A stretch of 64,000 nt of DNA from Mycobacteriales bacterium (lineage in GTDB: Bacteria > Actinomycetota > Actinomycetes > Mycobacteriales > SCTD01). A program made the translations under genes and the position numbers. Position 1 is the stretch's first letter. Each line of letters opens with the position of its first letter. This document shows positions 17,359 to 27,708 of the stretch, one piece after another. The notes beneath the pieces are model-generated. The model saw only the letters and a list, made by a program, of their open reading frames with translations, searched no databases and was not told the origin of the DNA. The stretch covers positions 474-64,473 of the forward strand of contig JBBRNK010000022.1 in the NCBI GenBank assembly GCA_038230355.1, written 5' to 3'.

Positions 17359-18300
17359 ATGCGTGCGATCCAGGTCACCAGTCTCGACGGGCCTATGGCG
17401 GTCGAGCTCACCGACGTCCCCGAGCCGGACGCGAGTGGCAAGGTGCTCATCGCCGTCCACGCCGCGGGGGTCAACTTCCCCGACGTGCTGATGACCCGCG
17501 GTGCCTACCAGATGAAGCCGGAGCTGCCGTTCGTGCCCGGCTCGGAGGTCGCCGGCACTGTCATCAGCGGCCCAGGCTTCGCCCCCGGCGCGCGAGTAGC
17601 CGGCTTCACGGTCCTGGGCGGGTACGCCGAGAGGGCCGTTGCCGACCCGGCCCTGCTGTTCACGCTCCCCGACCGGGTGTCGTTCTGGGACGGCGCGGCG
17701 CTGCCCATGAACTACCTCACCGTCGACTTCGCCCTCGCCCGAAGAGCGCACCTCCAGCCAGGTGAGACCGTGCTGGTCCAGGGTGCAGCCGGCGGGATCG
17801 GGGTCGCGACGATCCAGCTTGCCAAGGTCATGGGCGCCCACGTGATCGCAGTGGTGTCTACCGACGAGAAGGCCGAGACGGCTCGGACAGCCGGCGCGGA
17901 CGAGGTGCTGAGGGCGGACAGCTTCCTGGCCGAGGCCAAGGGCCGCGTGGACGTCGTCATGGACCCGGTGGGCGGTGACCGCTTCACCGACAGCCTGCGC
18001 TGCTTGAGGCCCGAGGGTCGGCTGCTGGTTGTCGGCTTCACTGCCGGCACGATCCCCGAGGTGAAGGTCAACCGGCTGCTGCTCAACAACGTCAGCGTCG
18101 TCGGTGTCGGTTGGGGGGCGTTCTGGATGCGCGACCCGGCGTACCTGCAGGAGCAGTGGGCGCGGCTGCTGCCCTACCTCGAGGACGGCCGGCTTCAGCC
18201 CATGCTGGGCAACACCTATCCCCTTGATATGGCGGATCTCGCCCTCCTTGAGCTCGAGGAGCGCCGGGCCCTCGCCAAGGTCCTTCTGATCCTCCCGTAG
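17359..18300 (+). CDS. NADPH:quinone oxidoreductase family protein (MDR)
   Basis: AAGVNFPD, GAAGGIG and DPVGGD motifs; TACGTT -10 six nt before the ATG. Confidence 0.92.
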   Translation: MRAIQVTSLDGPMAVELTDVPEPDASGKVLIAVHAAGVNFPDVLMTRGAYQMKPELPFVPGSEVAGTVISGPGFAPGARVAGFTVLGGYAERAVADPALLFTLPDRVSFWDGAALPMNYLTVDFALARRAHLQPGETVLVQGAAGGIGVATIQLAKVMGAHVIAVVSTDEKAETARTAGADEVLRADSFLAEAKGRVDVVMDPVGGDRFTDSLRCLRPEGRLLVVGFTAGTIPEVKVNRLLLNNVSVVGVGWGAFWMRDPAYLQEQWARLLPYLEDGRLQPMLGNTYPLDMADLALLELEERRALAKVLLILP

Positions 18301-18324
18301 GCACCCGCCGCCGCACAGCAGAAT

Positions 18325-18361
18325 GGCCCAGCACCGTCCCGCGAGGGACAGGTGCCGGGCC
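18325..18361. terminator. hairpin between convergent oxidoreductase and rplI genes
   Basis: GGCCCAGCACCGTCCC-GCGA-GGGACAGGTGCCGGGCC imperfect stem. Confidence 0.6.
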
Positions 18362-18377
18362 GTCCGGACGAGCAGAC

Positions 18378-18824
18378 CTAGCCCGCGACGACCGCCACGG
18401 ACAGGTTGACCTCGATGTCGCCGTGCACCTTGACGGTGACGGCGTGCGCACCCACGTTCTTGATCGCGTGCTTGATCACGATCGAGCGCTTGTCGAGCTT
18501 CGGACCGCCCGCCTTGGTGATCGCCGCGGCGATGTCCGCCGTGGTCACCGAGCCGAACAGCTTGCCGTTGTCACCGGCGTGCGCGGGCAGCGAGAGCGCG
18601 AGGCCCTGCAAGGCCTGCTTGATCTCGTTCGCATGCGAGACGTCGCGGACGACCCGGGCAGCGCGGACCCGACGGATGTTCGCCACCTGCTTCTCGGCAC
18701 CGCGGGTGGCAGTGATCGCCAGACCCTGCGGGACGAGGTAGTTGCGGCCGTAGCCGTCCTTGACCTCGACCGAGTCGCCGGGCGCTCCGAGGTTGGGCAC
18801 GTCGTGCGTGAGGATCAGCTTCAT
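18378..18824 (-). CDS. rplI: 50S ribosomal protein L9
   Basis: [13 protein letters not shown]...[10 protein letters not shown] and GKLFGSVT motifs. Confidence 0.97.
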   Translation of the reverse strand: MKLILTHDVPNLGAPGDSVEVKDGYGRNYLVPQGLAITATRGAEKQVANIRRVRAARVVRDVSHANEIKQALQGLALSLPAHAGDNGKLFGSVTTADIAAAITKAGGPKLDKRSIVIKHAIKNVGAHAVTVKVHGDIEVNLSVAVVAG

Positions 18825-18825
18825 C

Positions 18826-19062
18826 TCAGCGCGCCGTGGAGGTGTAGGGCAGCAGGGCCATCTCGCGGCTGTTCTTGACGGCGACGGCAACGTCGCGCTG
18901 GTGCTGGCTGCAGTTGCCGCTGACCCGACGGGCGCGGATCTTCCCGCGGTCGGAGATGTACTTGCGCAGCAGACCGGTGTCCTTGTAGTCGACGTAGGTC
19001 ACCTTGTCCTTGCAGAACTGGCAGACCTTCTTCTTCGGCTTCCTCGGAGGAGGCTTCGCCAT
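18826..19062 (-). CDS. rpsR: 30S ribosomal protein S18 (zinc-binding C+ form)
   Basis: [15 protein letters not shown] and GNCSQH motifs. Confidence 0.98.
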   Translation of the reverse strand: MAKPPPRKPKKKVCQFCKDKVTYVDYKDTGLLRKYISDRGKIRARRVSGNCSQHQRDVAVAVKNSREMALLPYTSTAR

Positions 19063-19089
19063 GTCAGTTTCCTTAGCTCAGAGTGGGGG

Positions 19090-19599
19090 TTAGAAGGGAG
19101 GTTCGTCGGACCAGCCGCCGCCACCGCCGGAGGACGCCGGAGCCGAGGAGGCCCAGGGGTCGCCCGCGGGAGCGCCGCCGCCGGAGGGGGCACCGCCGTT
19201 GGAGCCGCCGAAACCGCCCCCTCCGCTGCCACTGCGCTGGGTCCGGTTGACCTTCGCAGTGGCCCACTTCAGGGAGGGGCCGACCTCGTCCACGTCAAGC
19301 TCGTACACCGTGCGCTTCTCGCCCTCTTTGGTGTCGAACGAGCGCTGCTTCAGGCGGCCCTGCACGATCACGGCCATCCCCTTCTGCAGGGACTCCGCCA
19401 CGTTTTCGGCGGCCTGTCGCCAGATGGAGCAGCGCAGGAACAGCGCCTCCCCGTCCTTCCACTCGTTCGTGTTCTTGTCGAAGCTGCGAGGCGTCGAGGC
19501 GACGGTGAAGTTCGCCACGGCAGCGCCGCTGGGGGTGAAGCGCAGCTCGGGGTCGCCGGTGAGGTTGCCGACCACGGTGATGACGGTGTCGCCTGCCAC
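19090..19599 (-). CDS. ssb: single-stranded DNA-binding protein
   Basis: [15 protein letters not shown], Gly-rich linker and DEPPF tail. Confidence 0.98.
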   Translation of the reverse strand: MAGDTVITVVGNLTGDPELRFTPSGAAVANFTVASTPRSFDKNTNEWKDGEALFLRCSIWRQAAENVAESLQKGMAVIVQGRLKQRSFDTKEGEKRTVYELDVDEVGPSLKWATAKVNRTQRSGSGGGGFGGSNGGAPSGGGAPAGDPWASSAPASSGGGGGWSDEPPF

Positions 19600-19738
19600 G
19601 TGTAGCTCCAATGTCAGTGCCCGCTGGTGCGGGACGGTCCCTCCCCGGTCAGGGGAACGGTAGGTGTCGGTGCGTGCGGTCGTTGAGCGCACTTCTTAGC
19701 GGTGGGGAAGGACACAATGCGGACTGCGCGAGGGACGC

Positions 19739-20029
19739 CTAGCGCAGTTCGGGGCGAAGGACCTTGGTACGCAGCACGGCCTCGTTGAGGTTGAGCTGGC
19801 GGTCCAGCTCCTTCATCGTGGCCGGCTCGGCCTTGAGGTCGACGACGGCGTAGATGCCCTCGGCCTTCTTGTCGATCTCGAAGGACAGGCGGCGCCGTCC
19901 CCAGATGTCGACCTTCTCAACGCTGCCCCCGCCGGTGCGGATGACGTTGAGGAACGTGTCGAGGGACGGAGCGATCGTCCGCTCCTCGAGGTCGGGGTCG
20001 AGGATGACCATGAGCTCGTAGTGACGCAA
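19739..20029 (-). CDS. rpsF: 30S ribosomal protein S6
   Basis: [11 protein letters not shown] and WGRRRL motifs; TTG start after AGGAGGAGG. Confidence 0.97.
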   Translation of the reverse strand: MRHYELMVILDPDLEERTIAPSLDTFLNVIRTGGGSVEKVDIWGRRRLSFEIDKKAEGIYAVVDLKAEPATMKELDRQLNLNEAVLRTKVLRPELR

Positions 20030-20034
20030 GTGAC

Positions 20035-20088
20035 CCACCTCCTCCTGTGGACTCATCGGCCACGGACGTTCCGTGGCAGGAGGGTTGT
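20035..20088 (-). ncRNA. rpsF leader (S6:S18 autoregulatory RNA)
   Basis: CCCTCCTG-CCACGG-AACGT-CCGTGG-CCG...AGGAGG: hairpin followed by a CCG motif, with an outer stem sequestering the Shine-Dalgarno sequence. Confidence 0.7.
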
Positions 20089-20127
20089 TCGCGTCAGCAA
20101 ACATGACCACGCTACCAGCGCGGCGCG

Positions 20128-20919
20128 TCAGTCCGAGCTGTCGCCCGGATCTGTGGACACGCCCTCGGCCGACCCCCCGGACCAGGTACGACGACCCCCC
20201 GCGGCCGGCTGCGCCAGCAGGTAGCGGCCGAGGACCGTCACGACACCCACCAGGGCGACCACCGCGAGCAGCACGGGCAGCCCGAAGCGGTGCGTCGAGC
20301 CCTGCGTGAGTCGCCCGCGCGACGTTGTCTGGGCGCCGCCGGGGACTACGGACGCGGTCGGCCCGGGTGTCGCGCCGCCGGGGACTACGGACGCGGTCGG
20401 CCCGGGTGTCGCGCCGTCTGCGGGCGAGGCGAGGCTGGGTCGTGGACCCGCGGTCTGCCCGGGCGTCGTGTTCGGCGCCGCCGTGACCGTGATCGACCCG
20501 GTGTAGACCCCCATCAGAAGCTGCCTGGTGTCGGTGTAGGTGAATGTCCCGGCCCTCGTCAACCGGTAGGAGGCCGAGCCTTCGGCCGGGACCGTGACGC
20601 TGAGCTGCCAATTGGTGCTCTTGGCCTGGACGACGTGGTCGAGCACGTCCGCGTTCCTGAAGACCAAGCTGTCGCCGGCCTCCGCCCTGGCCGCGCCCGG
20701 CGAGGGGGCGGCGGCGGCCCGGAGGGTGACCGTCACGCTCGCGGCCGACGCGGGCGGCGCCAGCAGCAGCCCGACCAGCACCAGCCCGACCACCACCAGC
20801 CCTGCCAGCACCACCCCGGCCAGTCCGGCGAGCGCCACCAGCGGAGCCACCAGCAGGACCCGCGCCGTCGGTCGGGTGAGCGGGGCGCGCGCCTTCCGGT
20901 CATGCGCGGGCACGGTCAC
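20128..20919 (-). CDS. secreted or membrane-anchored protein with cupredoxin-like domain and Pro/Thr linker
   Basis: signal peptide ending [15 protein letters not shown]...GTFTY, C-terminal transmembrane helix followed by R. Confidence 0.65.
   Translation of the reverse strand: MTVPAHDRKARAPLTRPTARVLLVAPLVALAGLAGVVLAGLVVVGLVLVGLLLAPPASAASVTVTLRAAAAPSPGAARAEAGDSLVFRNADVLDHVVQAKSTNWQLSVTVPAEGSASYRLTRAGTFTYTDTRQLLMGVYTGSITVTAAPNTTPGQTAGPRPSLASPADGATPGPTASVVPGGATPGPTASVVPGGAQTTSRGRLTQGSTHRFGLPVLLAVVALVGVVTVLGRYLLAQPAAGGRRTWSGGSAEGVSTDPGDSSD
20333..20416. repeat. 2 x 39-bp tandem repeat ([13 protein letters not shown])
   Basis: exact duplication of GCGCCGCCGGGGACTACGGACGCGGTCGGCCCGGGTGTC. Confidence 0.9.
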
Positions 20920-21005
20920 CTCGTGATGGTGCCACTCCGCCTGCGCGGGGACCGGTGAACGAGTGGCCGGGCCGCAGGGGGAGGGGCCGTCGTACGGTGG
21001 GTCGC

Positions 21006-21755
21006 ATGCTCATCGGTGCGCACGTGGACAACGCTGACCCCGCGACGCAGGCCAAGGAGCGTGACGCTGAGGTCATCCAGCTGTTCCTCGGGGACCCGCA
21101 GAGCTGGAAGGCCCCGACGGTCACGGCGGTCGAGACCGGCGGGGTGCCCTTCTTCGTGCACTCGCCGTACGTCATCAACGTGGCCAGCACGAACAACAAG
21201 ATCCGCATCCCGTCCCGCAAGATCCTCGACCAGCACGCGCGGGCCGCCGCCACGCTGGGGGCGCAGGGACTGGTGGTCCACGGTGGGCACGTCGCCAAGG
21301 GCGAGGACCCGGCGGTCGGCATCGACAACTGGGTCAAGGCGCTCGAACGGATGGAGCTGCCGCTGCCGGTCCTGCTGGAGAACACCGCCGGCGGTGACCA
21401 CGCGATGGCCCGCCGCTTCGACTCCCTCGCCCGGCTGTGGGACGCGATCGGCCACCACGACAACGTCGGCTTCTGCCTCGACACCTGCCATGCGCACGCC
21501 GGCGGCGAGGCCCTCGTCGACGTCGTCGAGCGGGTCCTGGCCATCACCGGCCGGATCGACCTGGTGCACTGCAACGACTCCCGCGACGGCTTCGACTCCG
21601 GCGCCGACCGGCACGCCAACATGGGTGAGGGTCAGATCGAGGCCGACGTGCTGGTCGCCGTCGTCCGGGCCGCCGGGTGCTCCGCGGTCGTCGAGACGCC
21701 CCGCGACGGCCAGGCCGCCGACATCGCCCTTCTCAAGTCCCGGCTGCGGGCCTGA
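21006..21755 (+). CDS. nfo: endonuclease IV
   Basis: HSPYVIN, VVHGG, LENTAG, CLDTCH, VHCNDS and DRH motifs; leaderless after TACGGT. Confidence 0.93.
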   Translation: MLIGAHVDNADPATQAKERDAEVIQLFLGDPQSWKAPTVTAVETGGVPFFVHSPYVINVASTNNKIRIPSRKILDQHARAAATLGAQGLVVHGGHVAKGEDPAVGIDNWVKALERMELPLPVLLENTAGGDHAMARRFDSLARLWDAIGHHDNVGFCLDTCHAHAGGEALVDVVERVLAITGRIDLVHCNDSRDGFDSGADRHANMGEGQIEADVLVAVVRAAGCSAVVETPRDGQAADIALLKSRLRA

Positions 21756-21759
21756 GCGC

Positions 21760-23457
21760 TCACACCAGGACAGGGGTACGGCGGTCCGGCGCTCCGTCGA
21801 GCACCCCACCGGCCGGGTCGTCGACGCCGTCGGCGCGGACCACGTCCAGCTCCGGCCGCACGATGTCACGGACCACGAAGGCGGCGTACAGGACGATCAT
21901 CAGGTCACGGAGCAGGATCGCCGCGAAGAACCAGCCGATCGAGACGCCCTGGCCGGGCTTGTCGTTGCTGACGAAGAAGTAGAAGCGGGAGAGCAGCACG
22001 AGGGCTTCGGCGGCCTGCCAGGCGAGGAAGGGCCGCCACCGTGGGCGGGCCAGGACGGCGAGCGGGACGAGCCACAGGACGTACTGGGGGCTGTCCACCT
22101 TGTTGGCGAGCAGGAACCCCGCGACGGTGAGGAACAGCAGCTGCGGCACCCGCGGCCGACGCTTTGCGAGCAGGGTGAGCGCCGCGAGGCCCCCCATCAC
22201 GAGGACCTCGAGCCCCGCCACCCACTGGTTGAGGTGCGCCGGTGGGCTCGTGGTGTCGCTGACCCACCCGGCGACGGTGTTGCGCAGTCCCTTGAGGCGG
22301 CCATGGTCGGTGTGCAGGTGCTGCACCTGCAGGTAGAGCGAGTCCCAGTCGGCGCCGCGGGTCTGGTTGAGGTCGAAGAACCGGTAGACCGCGTTGGTCG
22401 CCTGCTCCTGGGTCGTGCCGGCCGCCTGCTTGGACGGGCACCGGCCGGTGACGTACCGGCTGGTCCGGGCCGCCGTCTGCGTGATCCTGCAGGCTTGCGG
22501 GAGCAGTGCCGACAGGCCTTCGGTGCCGAACCGGTCGACCGGCGAGGCGAGCACCTTGACCTGCCCGTTGGCCGTGTCCGCGAAGGACGGCGCCGTCAGG
22601 TAGACCGGCAGCGTCAGGGCGGCCGCGACCAGCGCTGTCGTCGCGGCAAGCGCACCCCACGACCTGACCTTGCGCGCCCGCAGGCACAGAGCCAGCAGAG
22701 GCAGCAGGAACAGCACCGGGTAGAGCTTCGTGGCCGTTGCCAGCCCGAGCAGGACCCCGGCCGTCACGGGGTGCCGGCGCGACCAGGCGACCAGGGCCAG
22801 CCCGGCGAAGGCCATCGCGACCAGGTCCCAGTTGGTCGTCGCGTGCAGCAGCAGCGCCGGCGACAGCGCGACCATCGCCGCGTCCCACGGCCGGCGTCCG
22901 GACAGCCGCGCCGTCGTGACCGTCACGACCAGCGCGCAGATTGTCACGAGCACCCAGGTCAGGTCGTAGAAGTGCCGTCCACGGGCGATGGAGGCGGCGT
23001 TGTCGCGACTGTTCCGGTTGGCCGGCGTCGGGCTCCTGTCGAAGGCCCGCTGCGCCTCGCTGGTCTTGTCGTCGGGGAAGGCGGCCGTCACCGCCCGGGT
23101 CATCAGGCTGCTGACCTGCATCACGACCCCGATCACCACGGGGTACTCGACGGGGTGGTCGTAATAGGGCAGGTCCCCTTGGGCGAGCCCCTCCGAGGAG
23201 TAGAGCGCGACCACGTCGCTGTAGCAGGCCCTCGTGTACTGGTGCTCGTGCACCCAGGTGCTGCCGTCCCGGCACGGGGCTTTCTGGGCGAAGCCGAGCA
23301 GGCTCGTGAGCAGGGTCAGCGCGAGCAGCACCCGCGTCGGCGTCCACAAGCGCTGCTCACCCAGCTTGGCGTGCCGCCCGGGCGAGCCTCCGATCGCCTC
23401 GACGGCACCGGCGACCACCGGATCGTCCTGCGACGGGAGGACGAGGGCTCGGGTCAC
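21760..23457 (-). CDS. glycosyltransferase family 87 membrane protein (Rv0051-like)
   Basis: CYSDV, VEYPV, NWDL, KLYP and SPQY motifs; immediately downstream of ponA. Confidence 0.88.
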   Translation of the reverse strand: MTRALVLPSQDDPVVAGAVEAIGGSPGRHAKLGEQRLWTPTRVLLALTLLTSLLGFAQKAPCRDGSTWVHEHQYTRACYSDVVALYSSEGLAQGDLPYYDHPVEYPVVIGVVMQVSSLMTRAVTAAFPDDKTSEAQRAFDRSPTPANRNSRDNAASIARGRHFYDLTWVLVTICALVVTVTTARLSGRRPWDAAMVALSPALLLHATTNWDLVAMAFAGLALVAWSRRHPVTAGVLLGLATATKLYPVLFLLPLLALCLRARKVRSWGALAATTALVAAALTLPVYLTAPSFADTANGQVKVLASPVDRFGTEGLSALLPQACRITQTAARTSRYVTGRCPSKQAAGTTQEQATNAVYRFFDLNQTRGADWDSLYLQVQHLHTDHGRLKGLRNTVAGWVSDTTSPPAHLNQWVAGLEVLVMGGLAALTLLAKRRPRVPQLLFLTVAGFLLANKVDSPQYVLWLVPLAVLARPRWRPFLAWQAAEALVLLSRFYFFVSNDKPGQGVSIGWFFAAILLRDLMIVLYAAFVVRDIVRPELDVVRADGVDDPAGGVLDGAPDRRTPVLV

Positions 23458-23492
23458 CCGCCGATGCTCTCAGATCGGCCAAGCGGCAAACC

Positions 23493-25577
23493 CTAGGGAC
23501 TGGTTGCCGGCGATGCCGGGCCGGTCGGCGGGGGCGGCGGGGAGGGCGGCTGGGTGGACGGGGGCGTGGTCGGCGGCACGACCGGAGGGACCGTGGCCGG
23601 CGGGCGCGTCGTCGGGACCACCGTCGGCGGCGCCGTCGTCGGGGCGGCCGTTGCCGTCGGGGTGGGAGTCGCCGTAGCGGAGGCGGACGGGGACGGGGAC
23701 GGGGTGGCGACCGCACCGACGTTGGCCCGAGACGGGAAGTTCATCACCGGCTGGCCTTGCAGGGCGGCGTCCATGAAGGCCTTAAAGACCTGGGCAGGCA
23801 CCGTCCCGCCGTACACGCCGCCGCTGATCCCGAGGACACCCTTGAGCGGACCGCCCTTGGCCCGACCGACCCAGACCGCGGTCGACAGCTGGGGGGTGAA
23901 GCCGACGAACCAGGCGTTCGTGTTCGACGTCGTGGTGCCGGTCTTGCCGGCGACGGGACGCCCGGCGAGCTGCGCCCGGCTCCCCGTCCCGCCCTGGACG
24001 ACCTGCTGCATCGCGTACGTCGTGTCGGCGGCGATCCCCTGGCTGAACGCCATCCCCGTGTCCTGCTTCGCGGCATAGACCTCGTTGCCGCCGTCGGTGA
24101 CCTTCTGCACGAAGTACGGGGTCGCGCGGGTGCCCTGCGCGGCGAAGGTCGCGTAGCCCGCGGCCTGGTCGATGACGTGCACCTCGTAACCGCCGGAGCC
24201 GAGTGCGATCTGGGCGCTGGGGGAGCCGGCGTCACCGTCAAGGGGGTCGCCGTCGGGGATGCCCGCCGCGTGCGCGAGGTCACGGACCCGCTTCGGGCCG
24301 ATGTCGCAGGCCAGCCGCAGGTAGACGGTGTTGACGGAGAACTTCAACCCGGTCGCGAGGTCGATCTTGCCGAAGGGCGGGTCGCCGGCATCGTTGGTCA
24401 CGTCCTGCTGCCCGCAGATGTTCTGGTGGTTGGACCCGTCGTACTGGGTGTCGAGGCTGATGTTCTTCTCGAGCGCAGCTGCGAGCACGTACGGCTTCAT
24501 CGACGACCCGGGCTGCACGCCCTTCCTGTCGTTGCTGGCGTAGTCGAAGCCGCCGGCGTCCCGGCCGCCGTAGTAGGCGACGACCTTGCCGGTCCCGGGC
24601 TGGACGGCGACGAGCGCGCCGACCGCCCGGTCGGAGTCCTTGCTGGCGGGGACAGCTCCTTCGACGGCCGCGATGGCAGCCGACTCGGCGGCGCGGCCGA
24701 TCGTGGTCTGGACCGTCAGCCCGCCGGCGGTGATCCGGTCCTCGGGGAAGCCGTGCTTCTCAAGCTCCGCCACGACCTGCGCGCGGATGAGGTCCAGGGC
24801 GCCGGGGAAGTTGGCCGTGCTGAAGCCCCGGACCTTCGGGTACGTCGCGGCGGCCCGGTCCGAAGCTGACAGCCACTTCTGCTTGACCATCCCGTCCAGG
24901 ACGTAGCTCCAACGCGCCTTGGCCTTCTCCGGGTGCTTAGCCGGGTCGTAGCCGGCGGGCGAGCGGATGCTCGATGCCAGCACGGCACCCTGGACCGGCG
25001 TCAGCGCGGAGGCGTGCACCCCGAAGTAGGTCGTCGCGGCGGCCTCGATCCCATACGCGCCGCGACCGAAGTAGATCGTGTTGAGGTAGTCCTCGAGGAT
25101 CTTGTCCTTGCCCACGGTCTGGCTCATCTTCAAGGAGATGAAGATCTCCTTCACCTTGCGGGTGTAAGTCCGTTCCTGGGTGAGGAAGGCGTTCTTGGCG
25201 TACTGCTGGGTGATCGTCGACCCCCCCTGCTGGACGCTCCCGCCGCCCTTCACGTTGGTGAACAGCGCCCGCAGGATGCCCTTGGGGCTGATGCCGGGCT
25301 CGGCGTAGAAACCCCGGTCCTCCGCCGCGAGGATCGCCTGCTGCGCCGGCTTGGAGATCTTGGAGATCGGGACGATTGTGCGGTTCTTGCCGATCCGGCC
25401 CATCTCGCTGCCGTCGGCGTACAGCACCCGCGTCGCCTGCGCCGTCGCGATCTTGTTCGGTTGCGGCACCGTGGTGAGCGCGTAACCGACCCCCACGAGC
25501 ACGACGAACACAAGCAAGAGGGACCCGGCGGCGACGCCGATCCGCTTCTTCCACGACAACCCGCGCAGCCAGTTCAC
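23493..25577 (-). CDS. ponA: class A penicillin-binding protein (PonA1-like)
   Basis: AAEDRGF and GGSTITQQ transglycosylase motifs; SSMK, SVN and KTG transpeptidase motifs; Pro/Thr tail. Confidence 0.95.
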   Translation of the reverse strand: MNWLRGLSWKKRIGVAAGSLLLVFVVLVGVGYALTTVPQPNKIATAQATRVLYADGSEMGRIGKNRTIVPISKISKPAQQAILAAEDRGFYAEPGISPKGILRALFTNVKGGGSVQQGGSTITQQYAKNAFLTQERTYTRKVKEIFISLKMSQTVGKDKILEDYLNTIYFGRGAYGIEAAATTYFGVHASALTPVQGAVLASSIRSPAGYDPAKHPEKAKARWSYVLDGMVKQKWLSASDRAAATYPKVRGFSTANFPGALDLIRAQVVAELEKHGFPEDRITAGGLTVQTTIGRAAESAAIAAVEGAVPASKDSDRAVGALVAVQPGTGKVVAYYGGRDAGGFDYASNDRKGVQPGSSMKPYVLAAALEKNISLDTQYDGSNHQNICGQQDVTNDAGDPPFGKIDLATGLKFSVNTVYLRLACDIGPKRVRDLAHAAGIPDGDPLDGDAGSPSAQIALGSGGYEVHVIDQAAGYATFAAQGTRATPYFVQKVTDGGNEVYAAKQDTGMAFSQGIAADTTYAMQQVVQGGTGSRAQLAGRPVAGKTGTTTSNTNAWFVGFTPQLSTAVWVGRAKGGPLKGVLGISGGVYGGTVPAQVFKAFMDAALQGQPVMNFPSRANVGAVATPSPSPSASATATPTPTATAAPTTAPPTVVPTTRPPATVPPVVPPTTPPSTQPPSPPPPPTGPASPATSP

Positions 25578-25778
25578 CGCCCCATGCTCCCCCCTGCCCG
25601 TCGACTCAACCCGACTTCAAGATCACAGGTCAGGCTCGGTTCAGACTGGTGGCCCCGGGGGCAGCCGGCAGCGTGGGTGACAGGGGTCCCGGGGCGGGTG
25701 TTGGGGCTCAGGTCACGCGCCGTTCACCCGCTGTTGCCCTCATGACATTCATGACGTAACGTCGTTCCTGACACCGCG

Positions 25779-25797
25779 ATGTATCGCCGCGATACAT
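25779..25797. promoter_or_regulatory. palindromic operator ATGTATCG-N3-CGATACAT upstream of padR-ino1
   Basis: perfect 8-bp inverted repeat, relatively AT-rich, about 60 nt before padR. Confidence 0.65.
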
Positions 25798-25858
25798 TAG
25801 GTCGATAGGTCACCCACGACCTTCGTGGTCCCGCCATCTGCAGACAGGAGAGGCCCCC

Positions 25859-26413
25859 TTGCTCGAGCTCGCCGTCCTCGGCCTGCTGCACGAGAGCCCC
25901 CTGCACGGCTACGAGCTGCGTCAGCGGCTCAAGGCCACGCTCGGCAGCTTCCGGGCCTTCTCCTACGGCTCGCTCTACCCGACGCTCGGCCGGATGAAGG
26001 ACGCCGGACACATCGCGGTCGACGAGGGCGACGCCCAGGTCGTGGCCGGTGCGCCGGCGCTGACCGGCCGCCGCGGCAAGGTCGTCTACAAGCTCACCGC
26101 CGACGGCAAGGAGCGCTTCGCCGAGCTCCTGGCCGAGGCGGGTCCTTCCTCCTGGGAGGACGAGACGTTCGGCGTGCACTTCGCGTTCTTCAGCAAGACC
26201 GACCCCGAGGTCCGCGTGCGGATCCTCGAAGGGCGCCGGTCGCGGCTGGAGGAGCGACGCGAAGGTGCCCGTACCGGGCTGGCCCGCACCCGCGAGCGGC
26301 TCGACAGCTACACCCTCCAGCTGCAGGAGCACGGGTTGGAGTCGGTCGACCGCGAGGTCCGGTGGCTCACCGAACTCATCGAGACCGAGCGCAAGAACCA
26401 CCCGTCCCGCTAG
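25859..26413 (+). CDS. PadR-family regulator (Rv0047c-like)
   Basis: LHGYEL and SYGSLYP motifs; directly precedes ino1. Confidence 0.93.
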   Translation: MLELAVLGLLHESPLHGYELRQRLKATLGSFRAFSYGSLYPTLGRMKDAGHIAVDEGDAQVVAGAPALTGRRGKVVYKLTADGKERFAELLAEAGPSSWEDETFGVHFAFFSKTDPEVRVRILEGRRSRLEERREGARTGLARTRERLDSYTLQLQEHGLESVDREVRWLTELIETERKNHPSR

Positions 26414-26453
26414 CCCCCCCGTTCCACCCCCCCTCAAGAAGGAGACGCCCAGA

Positions 26454-27524
26454 ATGGGTTCCATCCGCGTAGCCATCGTCGGCGTCGGCAACTGTGCCGC
26501 GTCGCTCGTCCAGGGCGTCGAGTACTACCGCGACGCCGACCCGTCCGGCCGCGTGCCCGGCCTCATGCACGTCACGCTGGGCGCCTACCACGTCCGCGAC
26601 ATCGAGTTCGTCGCCGCGTTCGACGTGGACGCCAAGAAGGTCGGCTTCGACCTGTCCGAGGCGATCTTCAACAGCGAGAACAACACCATCAAGATCGCCG
26701 ACGTGCCCCCGATGGACGTCACCGTCCAGCGCGGCCCGACCCTCGATGGGCTCGGCAAGTACTACCGCATGACCATCGAGGAGAGCGACGCCGAGCCGGT
26801 CGACGTCGTCAAGGTCCTGCGCGACGCCAAGGTCGACGTCCTGGTCTGCTACCTGCCCGTCGGGTCCGAGGACGCCGCGAAGTTCTACGCGCAGTGCGCC
26901 ATCGACGCCAAGGTCGGCTTCGTCAACGCCCTGCCGGTCTTCATCGCCGGTACGCCGGAGTGGGCCGCGAAGTTCGAGGCCGCCGGTGTCCCGATCGTCG
27001 GCGACGACATCAAGTCGCAGGTCGGCGCGACCATCACGCACCGCGTCATGGCAAAGCTGTTCGAGGACCGGGGTGTCATCCTGGACCGCACCTACCAGCT
27101 CAACGTCGGCGGCAACATGGACTTCAAGAACATGCTCGAGCGGGATCGCCTGGAGTCCAAGAAGATCTCCAAGACCCAGGCCGTGACCTCCAACATGGAG
27201 CACGACATGGGCGCCCGCAACGTGCACATCGGCCCGTCCGACTACGTGCAGTGGCTCGACGACCGCAAGTGGGCCTACGTCCGCCTCGAGGGTCGCGCCT
27301 TCGGTGACGTCCCGCTGAACCTCGAGTACAAGCTCGAGGTCTGGGACTCCCCCAACAGCGCCGGCGTCATCATCGACGCGCTGCGCTGCGCGAAGATCGC
27401 CATGGACCGCGGCGAGGGTGGCCCCGTGCACCCCGCGTCGACCTACTTCATGAAGTCCCCGCCGCGTCAGGTCCGCGACGACGTCGCCGGCCCGGCCCTC
27501 GAGGCCTGGATCAACGAGAAGTAG
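26454..27524 (+). CDS. ino1: inositol-3-phosphate synthase
   Basis: [17 protein letters not shown] and WDSPNSAG motifs; AAGGAG Shine-Dalgarno. Confidence 0.97.
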   Translation: MGSIRVAIVGVGNCAASLVQGVEYYRDADPSGRVPGLMHVTLGAYHVRDIEFVAAFDVDAKKVGFDLSEAIFNSENNTIKIADVPPMDVTVQRGPTLDGLGKYYRMTIEESDAEPVDVVKVLRDAKVDVLVCYLPVGSEDAAKFYAQCAIDAKVGFVNALPVFIAGTPEWAAKFEAAGVPIVGDDIKSQVGATITHRVMAKLFEDRGVILDRTYQLNVGGNMDFKNMLERDRLESKKISKTQAVTSNMEHDMGARNVHIGPSDYVQWLDDRKWAYVRLEGRAFGDVPLNLEYKLEVWDSPNSAGVIIDALRCAKIAMDRGEGGPVHPASTYFMKSPPRQVRDDVAGPALEAWINEK

Positions 27525-27529
27525 CCCCG

Positions 27530-27602
27530 GGCCTCAGCGGCCTCAGCGGCCTCGGCGCCCTCAGCGGCCCGGTGCCCCTTTCGTGGGGGTACCGGGCCGC
27601 TG
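27530..27602 (+). terminator. 4 x 9-bp repeat running into a GC-rich terminator hairpin
   Basis: (GGCCTCAGC)-like x4, then CAGCGGCCCGGTGCCCC...GGGGTACCGGGCCGCTG. Confidence 0.65.
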
Positions 27603-27708
27603 CCGTGTCTGCCCCACCTTCCTGCGTCCTAGCCCCCACGCTCAGCGCGCCGTCCACAGATCCGCCCGAAGGCCACCACGAGCAGCCTCGCGGGCCTTGG
27701 GTGGGGCC

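Noticed and set aside
27530-27570. CRISPR interpretation of the short repeats here, at 20333 and at 37922
   Set aside because: Contiguous tandem units with no spacers and no cas genes
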